Assembly (NCBI GenBank): GCA_964016885.1
Contig: OZ024743.1
Coordinates: 54,746,001-54,810,000, forward strand
Reading direction: 5' to 3'
DNA from: Eledone cirrhosa
Lineage: Eukaryota
Length of the DNA: 64,000 bases
In this document: one piece after another, positions 40,401-55,727 of the stretch
Layout of the letters: each line of letters opens with the position of its first letter
How positions within the stretch are numbered: position 1 is the stretch's first letter
Notes under the pieces: model-generated
Told to the model about the DNA's origin: nothing
Database searches by the model: none
Seen by the model: the letters and a program-made list of their open reading frames with translations, nothing else
Position numbers and translations under genes: made by a program

Positions 40401-41621
40401 GGCAACGGACGGATACTGGCATAAGATAGTTAAGGTCAAAATATTTGACATTCGTTAAAATAAGATTTCTTTTTGACATTTCGGGTTTGCTTTTTACAGA
40501 ACGAGAAGCAGAAAACAAATGAGAAATGCGAAATGAAAGCTTGGCATTTGAACCTATTTTTCTATGGTTTATGCATAGTCTTTTCTATCGTATCAAATCG
40601 TCACTGATTGATTAAGTACGAAAATATACTCATTTATTTTCTCTGGTTTTATAAAGACAAATGGTTCAATATATCTCTTTATTTGTTGCTCGATAAAAGA
40701 AGGGTTGTATAATAACCACCATGATAGGGCTGGTTGAGCTTAAAGATCGGAATATGATTAGTGGGAATATGTGGGATAAATATATTTCATCGACATTCAC
40801 TTGGGAAGAAAATGGCGATATGTAGTGTATTATATTATTTCATTTGGATAAAACATGCTGCTGGTGTCGCTGTTGGTGGTGGTGGGGTTTAGACAGGGAA
40901 ATTCTCAACAGGCAGACTTATTCTCAAAGGCTCTCTCTCCATGACCATTCCATCTTTTCATATATTCTTTCTTGAAATAATTGGATGAACATTCTTTTGT
41001 AGTTCTTGCTGTTGCTTGTGGAAGTGTTGCTGTTGTTGTTTATTACCAGCAGACTTATTCTTAAAGGCGCTCTATCCATTACCATGACATCTCGAACTAA
41101 GAGGACGAACATACTGATGTAGGTGTTACTGTTGTTGTTTATTCGGAAGGGTCAGGCTTTATTAAACCATGTTATGTATTGCTATTTTGATAGTTATGAG
41201 CCATAAATTAAACATATACACGTGCGCACCGGTTGAGTGAATATCACCGCTGAGAGGTTAGTGAATCTCAAAACAGCGCTGCCTGCTATTCTCAATAGCT
41301 ACTGAGAGAAAAATAATGTTTCATAACGAAAACGTATCTTTTCTCTGATAACGAGGAAACCATATGTTCATTGCATATAAACATATATTATATACAACCC
41401 TATTTTGCTAAACACTATCTTCTTAGACTAATGCCTATATATATATATATGGCTGATTATTTGTAAATAGTCCTTTGGCCATTTGTTACAGTCTCTTGAA
41501 CATTAGAACCAGTGTATCGACCTTAAAGATCCGAAACAACGTATCTCTAGTGGTCGACTGATGAGATGGGACTGTTGTCTGTATTAGTTCATTTTCCTCT
41601 CTTCGCCTATATATTATATAC

Positions 41622-41760
<139 letters not shown>

Positions 41761-43707
41761 TATTTATTTGTGTGTATACTTACGTTTGTGTCTGCGCCTA
41801 TGTCCCGTAACATAGCAGCTGGACAAAAACAGATCCAATTATATGATCGACTAAATCTCTTTACGACTCTTACGAGTTATTATACTGCATGATTGCAGTA
41901 TAATAACTGACACCAGTAAAAAAAAAATTTTAAATTAAAAAAAAAGGAAAGAAATTTTTCTTTTCCTCAGTCTTTCTTTAGAACCAGTGCCATATTCCTT
42001 AAACTGATTTATATGCTTATACCAGTCTTTGCTTCGTCTACAGTGAATACATAATAAAATAGTTACGACTATTAAATATGATTTAAAGGAGTTCTGTTTT
42101 GTAAGCCAGTTGCGAGAAATGTTAAGCTGTTTTTATTATCAACGATATCATATATCAGTTGCGGAGAGTAGATATTAATTCTAAATGAAGGGAGGGGAAT
42201 ATAATTAATCTATTTAGAACGTCGTCGTTGTGTTCTTTCGTCCATTTGCTATGGTTGATGTTGAATAATAGCTTATGTATATTACATTATATATATATTA
42301 TATATATATATATATATATATTCTATATTTTCACAGCAACACTGACGCTGTTGTGATACTAATTCCTGAATCAAAATCTGTATATACCTTAGGTGCACTT
42401 TGAGAAGTCATAAATATCTTATTAACTCTACTTTTTCGTATATAACCTACCTGTAAACCTAATGATATTTATACGGTGATAATAAGTGCACTATTTTTCC
42501 TATATTCTTTCATACTTTTACCGGTTTTACAACATATGTGTGTATTTCTCTAAACATGAGATGAACAAATATCGGTTACCTTATACAGAAATGTAACCCT
42601 ATATTCAAATGGGCCAAAGAGCGGAAAAATTTGCTTGAAATAAAACTATCACACGATTTCTCAATGATAAGTAGAAAATCTGAAATATTTTCTCGTGGAA
42701 ATTTTTTCAAATGCTGACTGGGTAGCAACTATCACCATCCTGGGGCATTCGCTATAGATACCCGATAACAGCACATACTCTCGTGTCATAAATAAGAGGA
42801 GGGCTGGAAAAATCGGGTGGGGCGGGGGGATTTATCTAGGTTATCTTGCTTGATTATTTAAAAAAAAACAGAATTAGTCGTTTAGTTTACATATTGAGAC
42901 CCCAACCCCTCCTATTTGTTTTATAACGTATGGAATTTCTAGCAATATACTTTTTTGTCATGTATAATGTTTTCTAACGCATAAAAAAAATTAATTTTCG
43001 CCGGTATGCTACCATTTAAAATAGAATTTCACCGGAGATAGATTAGCAAAATTTAAAAAGGTGTGGTGGGATAATTACTTGTGACCCGATCGAGATTAAC
43101 CGAAATACCTCATTATACGGCAATACAATAATCTCACTACATCATCTTCCTCTCTCGTAACAGGTAGACTGATACTCTATGCAGAAATCCTTTCCAGCCT
43201 CACCTATCAACAGCCGGCCAGTCCTACATGACTGTTACTGGAGTGAAGTATCTTGCTCAAGGATAAAACTTGCTGTCGGGAATCAAACCCATTAGCTTAC
43301 AATTGGAAGCCGAAGACCCCAAACACTAAGCCTGGAAATACTCGAACGTGTGTATGTGTGCATATGTTTGAAACCCCGTTTACGTGAAGATTACATGTGT
43401 ACACATCTCACACACACTATCAATTCAGCGTACAGACATATATACATATTGGTATATGTGTATACGTCTAACAATATTCCTAGATATATCCACATGTACC
43501 GACTCTTGATTACTCTCTGTTAATTAATTAGACAAGTCTTTCCGCTTGTGCTTTCCAATGTACATATTCCCTAGCGATACCATAGCAACACGCTATGTCT
43601 GGTAGCATTAAGAAAGGACAAACATACATACAAACTCATACACACACATACATCTCCATACATGTGCATGTACACACACACACACACATATATATGTATA
43701 TGTTATA

Positions 43708-43749
<42 letters not shown>

Positions 43750-43794
43750 TATATACACACACACTCACACTCTCACACACACAGATACACACCC

Positions 43795-43831
<37 letters not shown>

Positions 43832-44419
43832 CAAGTATATATGTACATACATACAGGCATACAACATATATACATATGTATATATGGAAAGAAGCTATAC
43901 CGTCCCATTCCAAAAACACCAGCCCGCCCGTTTCTGAAAAATACTATTTCATGACACACACTTTTATTATCTAAAAAGTGATGGACACAATCATTACAAC
44001 AACCCATTTATTCTGTTCACTTCGTGAAGCAATAGCTACTGGAGATCTATACTCCTCTGTAATCCACTAGTAGGCTCAAGTCACCCCAGTTACACATTTC
44101 TGTGAAACTGTCTCATTGATTTTGACGTCAGCAAAGCTAATATTCTGTTATAGCAGACGCGTACTGGCTTCCATTTCTTGGAATGGTGTCTCCTCAGATC
44201 ACACAACCGTGACATATGCTGGTGTAGCTCTCTCTTTCTCTCCCCCTCCTCCCTCAGTACCTCCCTCTCTCTATTTCTCCCTCTGCTTTCTTTCCTCTCA
44301 CTATCTACCCTCTCTCGACCTCTTTCTCTCTGTGTGTCTCTATCTATCTATCTATCTACCCCCCCCCCCCTCTCTCTCCATTTCTTTCCCTGCTTCACGT
44401 TCTAGCCATTCTCGTATGA

Positions 44420-44700
44420 TCCAGTGGTCAGTTTTGACTCCACACACTTTCCGCTATACATCAATGACCTTCTTGCCGACACCTTCAGCAATGCTCATTC
44501 TTATTACACAGATTATACCACCCTTCATTCTCGCCAAACCCTCACCCCACAAATGTCGAACACATCTCACACTATATATAGATTGATTCCAAGAAACTTC
44601 CAATGGGGATCAAGCAAAACTCGACTCCTTTAAAAACCCCAAAACTCGCTCACGCACATATCAAGGAAATACCATCGCACACCACCCTTCAACACAATCA
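44420..44700 (+). pseudogene. Decayed CR1/Jockey-like LINE RT fragment
   Basis: FPLYINDLL..HSYYTDYTTLH resembles FxLYINDL..YADDxTL. Confidence 0.55.
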
Positions 44701-44733
44701 GCCCATAACAAGATAAAAGGAGATAAAAAGAGA

Positions 44734-44822
<89 letters not shown>

Positions 44823-45538
44823 AGAAAGAGGTAGAGGAGAGAGGGAAGCAAAAGAGTAGCGAGAGCAAGAAACGAAAGAGAAGCGAGAGAGAGAGGTTAG
44901 AGAGGAAGAAGGTGGCAAGGGAAAAAGATAGAGAAGGTTAATGAACAAGTGTTTATAGTTAGATGTCGCTGCGGTCGGTAATGTAAGTGAAGTGGAAGTA
45001 AAGAGGTTTTGTTGTGAATGAGTCAATATTAATTGTCGATGAATTGTAAATTTAGTGAAATAAGCGAAGTTAATGTGTTTGTTCGGGTATCTGATTTAAA
45101 ATCAACTGCGCAGTAATAAATGTATTGCTCAGTCATAAATCTACACTTTCGCTCTAAATCTATTATTGTTTAATGTAGTCTTTAATGTTTCTCTTCACAA
45201 TCGACATTAATGATTCTTTCCCTTCTGTCTTCACAAGACACATTTAATCCTAGTTGGAATCCTTCAAGTCCTCAACGTCCTGTTACCAAACACTAACATC
45301 AGCAGTAGCATCAACAAACACACTATCTTCTAAATTCTTTTATTATTTTTTTTTTTTATATATTTATTGGTTTTAGATCATTAGATTGCGGCCATACTAG
45401 AGCAAAGTTGTTATAGTCAATCACATCGGCTCCAGTCTGGTACTTATTTTATCGATTTTTGTCGAATCGCTAATTTCCGGAACATAAACGTAGACACATA
45501 CAGACACACATAGAGATACACACATACATACACACACA

Positions 45539-45608
<70 letters not shown>

Positions 45609-47151
45609 CACGCGCGCACACACACACACACAGATATACACATACATCAATGTGCTTCTGAAGTTCCCTCTACTAAATTTCACTCATCGGTTAACCCTAC
45701 AGTAGAAGATACCAAAGTGCTGCATAGTGTGATTGAACCAAAACCCCCATAGCAACCATTCTTTCGCATATGATAATAAAATGGTAAAAAGAATATAAAC
45801 ATACAAGGAAGTGTCGAATTTTAAAACAAACAGGACCCTCAAATTTAGAATTAAGGAATAAAAACGAAAACTATTATAACTTCAAAACTGGAGAGCGCAT
45901 ATAAACTTAGCCAGGCAATATTTTATTCTGTACGTCGCTCTCGCTGTCTATATGTGATATTATTGTCAATATATAGTTTAATTGTGTTTTTATGAATAAT
46001 ATTGTCCACTCACTAGTTATTGCTCAGACTTGGAGCCACCAAAATGTCGTTACTTGTTGTCTATAAAGACGTGTAAAATCGAAAACACGAATAAATTCAT
46101 TTACTTTGTATGGGAAGAAACAAAGTAGAGAATTGAATGTTTCGGGCGTCTATGTTTCATCAAGAGTCAATGTTGCTGAGATCCGGAGGAAGTAATTGTG
46201 TTAGAATTAGATGCTTTACATCCGTTTTGTTTTAATGCTTGCACGAGTTAGACAAAACCTGAAACATTTCTCGATTTTATGAGTGTAAACTGACTGAAAG
46301 TACGAAGCCGCCCCATAGACAGGACTTCCGCAGACAGAAATATATTTTTAACTGAGTGAACTGGTGCAATGGGAAATAAAATAGCTTCCCCAAGAGTACA
46401 ATGTGTCACCTAGTCTGGGCATCGAACCCAAATGAGTAAGTCTTTAAACTCCAAGCGATGCGCCGTTACAAGGAAGTTAGAGTGGGAAGGAATTTTTTTT
46501 TTTTGTGTATGGTTTTGATGTGGATGTGTGTATGCACGCTCGTTATATTTAACAGAAGAAAGAATGTGGAAGAACTATCACAACAAAAATACCTGCAGAA
46601 ACTAAAAATGCGGATACTTCCGAATTTTAGAAGCAAATTATATTAGGAAGTGGTAACCTACCCTAAACCGTCGGAGTGACCTGGACTCATGTAAACAATT
46701 TTACATATGCTCCGACGGATAGCAGATTTACAAGTTCACTTGTAAGGAACGGAAACATTTTGAAAAAAAGTTTATAGATCCAAAAGTACTCACTTCCAAC
46801 AATTAACCACTAATAACCCAACTGCAAAGCTTGTAGTTTGCAGCCATGTGCCCATTTGCAGTATATCATCTCAATTCCTTATCTCCCTGCATTTCAAATT
46901 ATCTTTTACTAAATCTTCTTTTCCATTTCCACTCCACCTTCAAATACCTCTATCTCCTAGATTCCTCACCACATAGAAAAATAAAACCTAAAACGTACAC
47001 CGTTTTTTAAATAAGCTTTATCTTGTTTTTATTCTCCTCATTCAGACCATTTCAGTTTATTATGCTTACCTCCCTTCTATTCTGTTGTACTTCATCACCT
47101 ATTACTATTTACATCACACTGTCTTCAACTGCACGCAATTGCAACCACTAC

Positions 47152-47224
<73 letters not shown>

Positions 47225-48234
47225 GTATATATATATATATAGAGAGAGAGAGGGGTGATATATATATGTATGTGTGTGTGTGAGAGAGAGAGAGAGTGAA
47301 TGAATAAAAGACTTGACTTTTTCACGTATTACCAATATGTTACCTAAAGCTACAGCAATTTTATAAAAGACCCATGAGAGACCCACCAATGCAATCCGTC
47401 AAGGGATCGATTAATACACAATAACAACGGATTATCCTCATTAAATAACCGCTTCTTCAACAATGTGGACATGTGTCTGATATCGTCGGTAGTGTACAAG
47501 TCAACTTGTAATAAATAGGATGTCCCATACATTGGAACTAAACTATGTATACGGAGCAAGTAACACATCCACACGAATGTTTCCACTGTAGAATGAAAAC
47601 AAAGAACTTACAGTACTGCGATACCCAAGATATCAAAGGTATCAGTGAGACCACCGAACTAACATGAGAAACTTGCGTATCATAGAAGCTACACTTGTGA
47701 CTAGTGAAAGATCATTTACAAACAGCAGGCGCGAGTTACATGAAGCCGGTTGGCTATTTTGACTATACCAGTTAAACGCATACCGCCACCCCGCCGCCAA
47801 CACTACACATTATTACCTCTCCTTTGAAAGACAGTGTTTAACCTCGAAATATAATGAAATATGAGGTAAAACTGTAAAGTGTTGCTTCATTTTCTTCGTT
47901 TTAATTTATCACGCTTTACACTCTTGCATTTCTAATTTGCATTGTTCTGACCTTCCCAAAACATTCACGTACTCACATACAAACCCAAATGTATGCCGAC
48001 GCACATAGGCATATATATATATACACGAGTATGCATATATAGGTTTATATAATAAAATACATTTATTGTCACCTTCCATATGGTGCACAATATATTAAAT
48101 GTATTTATGTATATACCTGTATCAATTAAAATTAGCTGTCTATACACACGGACACAGCTGTGTGTGTATGTATATGTGTGTTCGTGTGAATGTGAGCTTG
48201 TATAATTTACTGTAATTTAGTGTCATTTGGTATC

Positions 48235-48283
<49 letters not shown>

Positions 48284-48454
48284 GGGGGGGGGGAGGTAAA
48301 TGTCTACAGCTACACTTATTGTTTGAAGACATAATCACAAACGAGCAATTATCGCGTCACGATTAATAGTTTATACAGGGTCAAACAACAGCTGTCACAT
48401 AATAATATAAATCATACTAAATAATTCTTCAGTCACCAATGCTGCTACATCGTA

Positions 48455-48638
<184 letters not shown>

Positions 48639-49264
48639 ACTAAAATAACATGAGGCCGGACTCGTGAAATTCTTTCAAAGATTTATTTTAGCAAACAATA
48701 TGTACATTTCATTGGTCGGGTTCCGTAAGATCAAGAAATGACCAGTTCTATCCAGTGGTGAACCACCAAACTTAAATATATATATAAAATTAATATGTAT
48801 ATATACATATATAGAGGTATAAGCAAAAAAGTACAGGCAAAAAAGTTGTACATTATGTACATTTCAGTGTTTGGGTTCCGTAAGATCCAGGAATGACCAG
48901 TTCTATCCAGTGGTGAACCACCAAACTTAAATATATATATAAATATATATATTAATTGGTGAAATATATTTTTTATTTAAAGAAATATATACAAAGGAGA
49001 TTAATCATTTTAAAAGGAATCTATATTTGAAGTTCTAGTTAAACTTTAATTGGTTACCTACCTAGCTATGTGTGCTTAAATACTTTACAAATTATTCCCT
49101 GTGATTGTTCCATATGTTTATTTTATATATATATATATGTCAATCTATTTCTAGTAGATATAAAATGCTCGGATCTATTCGTTGAAATCTTTGAGCTTAT
49201 TTTACAGTGGATATGTCGCATGTCTCTCAGACATGACAACCCCAACCCTTAATTTAATTTTTGG

Positions 49265-49326
<62 letters not shown>

Positions 49327-49667
49327 TGAAATGTACATTATGTACAACTTTTTTGCCTGTACCTTTTTGCTTATACCTCTTACACTTTCAACCAGTGCAG
49401 CCTGTAATTGTGTTCTCTCAAGCATAACATCATTTTAACTCCTGACACTCCACATCATGCCTTTGACACTAAAATAATTATGTACCCTAAATGTTCTGAA
49501 TGACTAGGATTTTAGTTACATATTTCGACATTCCCTATGCTCCGTTGATTCCAGACTTCCCTCTGGAACTAAGAATTGTCAGCAAATAAAGGTTCTAAAC
49601 TAAAATTTGATCGTTTTAAAATTACATAATAACCTAAGACACTCCCTTCCACATATGCCCCACATAC

Positions 49668-49721
<54 letters not shown>

Positions 49722-50044
49722 GTGTGTATATGTATGTGGGGCATATGTGGAAAGGAGTGTCTTAGGTTATTATGTAATTTTATTCATTACTTGGAGGTGA
49801 CACCGAAATGAGCACCACACGTTACTATAGCAAATTGTATATTGTAAATTTCATTTTAACCATCTTGTTACATATCGAACGTTAAATATGATTCATTTCT
49901 CAGAGATGGAAATGTTTCGATTTCAGACAACACATCAGATGAGCAGATCGATATTGGAGCCAGGTCTACCATATCGATAAAGACCTTCAGCTAATCATCT
50001 GTGAAACCTATGTAACTTTCGAAATGCAACAGAAACAATTTACA

Positions 50045-50080
<36 letters not shown>

Positions 50081-50188
50081 TTAACAAGGTATCGTTTAAG
50101 GTAATCCAAGTAGAGGTTATGGGTATCGTGGATAGTTTTTCTTCCATGTATCTATAAATACTAGTGCACTGTATCATGTACACAGATC

Positions 50189-50299
50189 AGTATTCTGAAA
50201 ATTTGGTGCCGTATCGACTGTAATTAAAATCGAGTGACGTAGTTCCTGGCGATTAGCGATTTTTAGACACACTGGACTAATGAAACAATTGTTAATACT
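50189..50299 (+). ncRNA. Type I HHR motif with ~65-nt insert in stem II
   Basis: AGTATT CTGAAAA T TTGGT..ACTAA T GAAA C-AATT-G TT AATACT; perfect 6-bp stem I, C3/A8 mismatch, AATAAA follows. Confidence 0.7.
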
Positions 50300-50345
50300 T
50301 TGAATAAACCCCATTCTACCACCGACTACGTTTTACTTCACATAT

Positions 50346-50415
<70 letters not shown>

Positions 50416-50499
50416 ATGTCGAAAGGAAACGCACGAAAGGAAACCCACGAAAATGTTGAAGAGATTTTTTTAGTGAAACTTGAAAATATTAATTTATTT

Positions 50500-50537
50500 A
50501 CAATACCGGTTTCAGCATTACATGCATTGTCAATTGC
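50500..50537 (-). ncRNA. Minimal type I HHR (U3-A8, U10.1/U11.1)
   Basis: GCAA TTGACAA T GCAT-GTA-ATGC T GAAA CCGG TA TTGT AAATAAA. Confidence 0.82.
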
Positions 50538-51033
50538 GGATATGCAGAATATTGTTAAGTTGCATATTTGTACAAATAGTGAAAATAATGATAATAACAA
50601 AAAATATATAGAGAGGGGAATAAAATTAAATTTTCACATATAAGTTCCTTCAGAGAATAAAGTCAATTTCTCTGTCCATCCTCCTCTGCTAATGGCTTGA
50701 TTGTGACTGAAGAGGGTAGAAGCAGGAGGGGAGAGGAGAAGAAGAAGAAGCAGGGGGAGGAGGCAGGGGATGGTTGTTGTGGCTGCTATGTGAGATCCTT
50801 TGAATAGTGGATACAAAGTTTGGCTGCGATTGGTTTGAAAGGCTGGGTGACCTTAGAGTTGTCCGGGGGAAGAGGTGGTTGCTTTTAAAAATATCTATCT
50901 TGGTATTTTTTTTTAGAAGAAATCATCAACATTGACCTTGTTTTTTTGCCACAAAGAAGATTCAGAGTTATTGAAATATTAATTCCATCCCTAGCATGAA
51001 TTTTATATTTAGGGGAATGGAGAAAATCTTGCT

Positions 51034-51103
<70 letters not shown>

Positions 51104-51104
51104 G

Positions 51105-51167
<63 letters not shown>

Positions 51168-51623
51168 AATAGAGAGAGAGATGAGATTTTACTAATCAGA
51201 AGCAGTAATACAATTATACACTTTAGTATACTATACTTCAGTAAAGATGGGGGTATATATTATATTTCTCTTGGCAGAATTATATATATAAATGCAAGCC
51301 AGCATCTTCTTCTCTATGTCTCCCTTTCTATGTGTGTTTTCATGTCAAGGTCTAGATGGCCTCCTTCACCAAGTACTGTACGACTTAATGTCGTTCATGT
51401 AATTCTATATATGTTTCATTTATTTCCGTCTTAATACATCAATGACGGTGTTTGACTAATTTATCAGGCACTGTAACTCCAGATGGACAAGAAGTATGGT
51501 GGATAGTGGGTTGAAACTGTATAGAAAATTCGCCAGCCGATGACCACGGAGTTCCGTGCTTGTGGCCAGCATTGCAATATGTGACGCACGCGTTTCACCC
51601 ACCTCTTCCTTTTAAAGTATATA

Positions 51624-51777
<154 letters not shown>

Positions 51778-51900
51778 TGTATATAAAGTGTATTTTGCAA
51801 TACACTGTATGCTTAATTAAAAGCATTTTGAAGACCTTTCGCTATTGTTTTAAAGTAGTGACTATGTCACTTACTTCTTTTTTCAGCAAACAAAGGGAGA

Positions 51901-51946
51901 TAAGCTGACAGATCTGTTTCGTACTGTTGGTACTCCTCAGTGCTTA
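51901..51946 (-). ncRNA. Type I hammerhead ribozyme with canonical C3-G8 core
   Basis: TAAGCA CTGAGGA GTAC-CAACA-GTAC GAAA CA-GATC-TG TC AGCTTA; first stem I pair mismatched in this copy. Confidence 0.9.
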
Positions 51947-52378
51947 CCACTCCCTTTGCTTGCTAAAAATTATGAACGTTGGATTCTTATAGAATTCCAG
52001 TAATAATCAAGAACTGATTATACATAGCGGTTGCCGGTCCAGCAAAAATTGAAAATTAGAATTGGTGCTCGGAAATAGCGATATATATATGAATGTATAT
52101 ATAGTGTATCTCCCTTTGTTTTCTGTAAAAATAAGTAAGCGACATAGTCACTACTTTAAAACAATAGCATAAGGTCTTCAACATTCTTTTAATTAAGCAT
52201 ACATAGTATTGCAAAATACACTATATATACATTCATATATATATCGCTATTTTCGAGCACCAATTCTAATTTTCAATTTTTGCTAAACCGGCAACCGCTA
52301 TGTATAATCAGTTCCTGATTATTACTGCAATTCTATAAGAATCCGACGTTCATAATTTTCAACAAGCAAAGGGAGTGG

Positions 52379-52426
52379 TAAGCTCTGAGGAGTACCAACA
52401 GTACAAAACAAAGATCTGTCAGCTTA
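52379..52426 (+). ncRNA. Family A HHR, G12A-mutated copy
   Basis: TAAGCT CTGAGGA GTAC-CAACA-GTAC AAAA CAAAGATCTG TC AGCTTA; perfect stem I. Confidence 0.8.
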
Positions 52427-53239
52427 TCTCCCTTTGTTTGCTGAAAAAAGAAGTAAGTGACATAGTCCCTACTTTAAAACAATAGCGTAAGGTCTTCAAA
52501 ATGCTTTTAATTAAGCATACAGTGTATTGCAAAATCCACTATAGTGGACTCTCCCGTCCTATATCGACGTATGAGTGTTTTGCAGCTTTCTAGGTTTAAT
52601 ATGGCGTTCCTATGAATTGGTGAGTCGTAGGGACGCCGTATTGACATGTGACGTTCCTTAGAGCATCTTTAACCTGGCGGATCCCATCCTCTCTCCAGGC
52701 CTGAATATAACAGATTTCTCCCAGAGAAGATAGACTGTGAGAGAAAGGAAGCGAGAAAGAAACATAGAAGAAGAATCAACCTCAGTACTAGACTGGTATT
52801 TATTTTATCGACCTCGGATGGATTAAAGACAAAGTGATTTGAATCAAAGGAGTAGAGTGCTGGAAGGAATATTACAAAGCATTTTATCCAACATTCTAAC
52901 GAACTGCCAATTCGCCACCTATATAAATGTATGCATATATATATATATAGAGAGAGAGGGAGGGAAAGAGAACACGTATATCATATATATAATCATATAA
53001 TTGTTTCTACTTTTTGGCACAAGGCCAGCAATTAACCAGTGCATTACTGGTACTTTATTTTATCGACCTTGTAAGGATGAAAGGCAAAGTTAACCTCGGC
53101 GGGATTTGAACTCAGAATATATAATAATATAATATATGCATAATATATGTTATATACATATATATAAAATAATATAAAATGTATATTAAATATACATATA
53201 TATATATATATACATATATTTATTAAAATAACAGATTAA

Positions 53240-53290
53240 AGTTTAAGCAAAGAATCGCTGCTTTCACCCTTAACGGGATCTTCTGAAACT
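53240..53290 (-). ncRNA. Family D HHR motif (U10.1/U11.1, U4A)
   Basis: AGTTT CAGAAGA T CCC-GTTAA-GGG T GAAA GCA-GCGATTCTT-TGC TT AAACT. Confidence 0.65.
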
Positions 53291-53354
53291 AACCAATTAT
53301 ATATATATATATACAGAGAGATGGAAGGAGAGAGGGAGAGTGTGTGTGAGAGGA

Positions 53355-53508
<154 letters not shown>

Positions 53509-54721
53509 CCAAGTGAGCGGAAGTCTGTGTAGAATAAGTATAGACACCAAAAAGATAAATAAACAGGTGAGGAAACAGGAGTAAAGATGTCTAGCTTGAA
53601 ACAACGAAACAATGCACTGGTGTTTGAGTTGATGAGAGAGGGCGAGGAAGGTAAAAGTGATGTTGAAGTAGCTTTAGTAGGAGTGAGTGCACGATAATAT
53701 GATTAGCAAAGGCGGAGGTGGATGAGCAGGGGATGGGTTGGGGAATGTGGGCGGTGCTGGCTGGCAGTGAGGGTGGGTGTAGCGTAAATGAGAGAAGGAA
53801 GGTTTCTGAGACCAAGATGTTGATCGAAGTGTGAACGAAGTACGCTGAAACATAGTTTAGCTTGGCTGTCGTCTTGAACTTGCTCATGTTTTAGAGAATG
53901 TTAAATTGCTTGTCGAAATCTCTTCTCATAAAATGTTTCTTTGAAGTCGTTCATTTTCATTTCATCACTGGCGCATCTTCTCATGCACCACTTCACTCGA
54001 TGCTCAATGCTTACTGCCTCTACCTCTTCCTATTCTACTTTACTCTTCTGTCTTCTTTTGTCTACTTGTGTCTTCTTTTCTGCTTCTTTTGTCTTCCTCC
54101 ATCTTCTTCATTTGTCTTCTTTTGTCACCTACCTCTTCGTCTTCTCTTATTGTTCGCCTCCATTCTTATTCTTTCTTTCGCCTTCATTCTCTTCTTCTTC
54201 CGCTTCTCGTCCCCTCCCACCATTTATAAAATGTCTACATTGCAGAAATCTTTTCGCTAGACCTTGTCTCATTGTCATTGCAATTCCTTCTATATTGCTG
54301 TTTCCGACATTTTTCATTCCCATTGTTGTTGAGTTTTTCTTGATATGTTCTATTGTTGTTTTCCCCCACCCTTGTATATTTCGCGTATGTATTTTCATTA
54401 TCATCAGCATCACCATCTTCCTTCGTCTTCTATTTCTTATCATCATCATCACCACTTTCCTTCGTCTTCTATTTCTTATCGTCATCATCACCATCTTTCT
54501 TCGTCTTCTATTTCTTATCATCCGATCCTCATCCTATCCCTCCTCTTCCCCACTGCTTCTTATCTGATTCTCTTGATGATGAAAAGTGATGAACAGTAAA
54601 ATTGATAAATGCTGTCCTTTCATGCTTCATATAGGTATATGACACACACACACGTGCACGCGCGCACACAGGGTGATTGACATATATAAATCATATTCGA
54701 TACTTATGTGTATATACATGC

Positions 54722-54816
<95 letters not shown>

Positions 54817-55069
54817 TCTCTCTTTCTTATTGAAAGTATGTTAGCTTATTGCAGACTGTGACGATGCAGGTTTAACAAGAAAATGGTCTAAAAATGTAAG
54901 CAAATAAATTCCTAAGGTCAGAGAAAATGTGAACAGGTTTGTTCGCAGGACCTCGAATATTTAGCGGCCTTTGCTATCCATACAATATGTGCCCCATTCT
55001 CCCAAATAAAATAATTTCAACTTACAGTTTGGCACGCTGACAAACCTAGATTTTGACACTTCTACTTTG

Positions 55070-55727
55070 TCTTCACCCATTTATTCCTGAGAGGGTCGTG
55101 GGGGTACAGTCCTCAAACACTCCTTCCAGTGTGTCCTGTCAGAAAAATCCGTCTCTAACTGATCCGACTGAATCCCCAAGCGAGATCAGCCAAGCTCATG
55201 GATGTTAAACAACCACCTTGATCCGGTTCTATCCCCAGGGTTTCCTGCTAGTTGGTTTTGCTCGTAAAATCAGTCCAGCGATTCTTTCCCGAGAAATTCT
55301 AGCCTCATTCCCATAGTGTCAGAGCTGTGTTCTTTCATTTCGGAGAAGTAGCACCTCTACCTTGGGTAACTCTCTGATCTCCGAACTATGCACTCTATCA
55401 AGTAACGTTACTCCAAAGATCCTTCGGAGGAACCCTATTTCTGCCGCTTGTATTCGTGGTCGTATTCTTTCGGTCATTAGCCAAGATTCATAGGTAAGTG
55501 TTGGCACGAATACCGTATCGAAGACAGTGAGTTTGGCTTTTGCACCTACCTCCCTTCTTCTGATTACCGAATGGTGAAACTGGTGCATTACTGTACCAGC
55601 TCCTGCAATTCTTGCACTTAATTCAGCCTCCTGCCTTCCATCACTCCTGAACGTGACCCTGAGATACTTGAACTTCTCTACCTGCTTCGGTAGAACTCTA
55701 TTCACGTGTAGAGTACACTGCACACGC
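55070..55727 (-). mobile_element. RTE-clade LINE 3' fragment (RT C-terminus)
   Basis: QVEKFKYL..ELSARIAGA..KAKLTVFDTVFVPTLTY-ESW..IQAAEIGFLRRIFGVTLLDRV; shorter copy at 62432-62695(-). Confidence 0.9.

Noticed and set aside
41528-41570. GAAA..CTGATGA in type II HHR order
   Set aside because: Stems I and II have only 1-2 pairs
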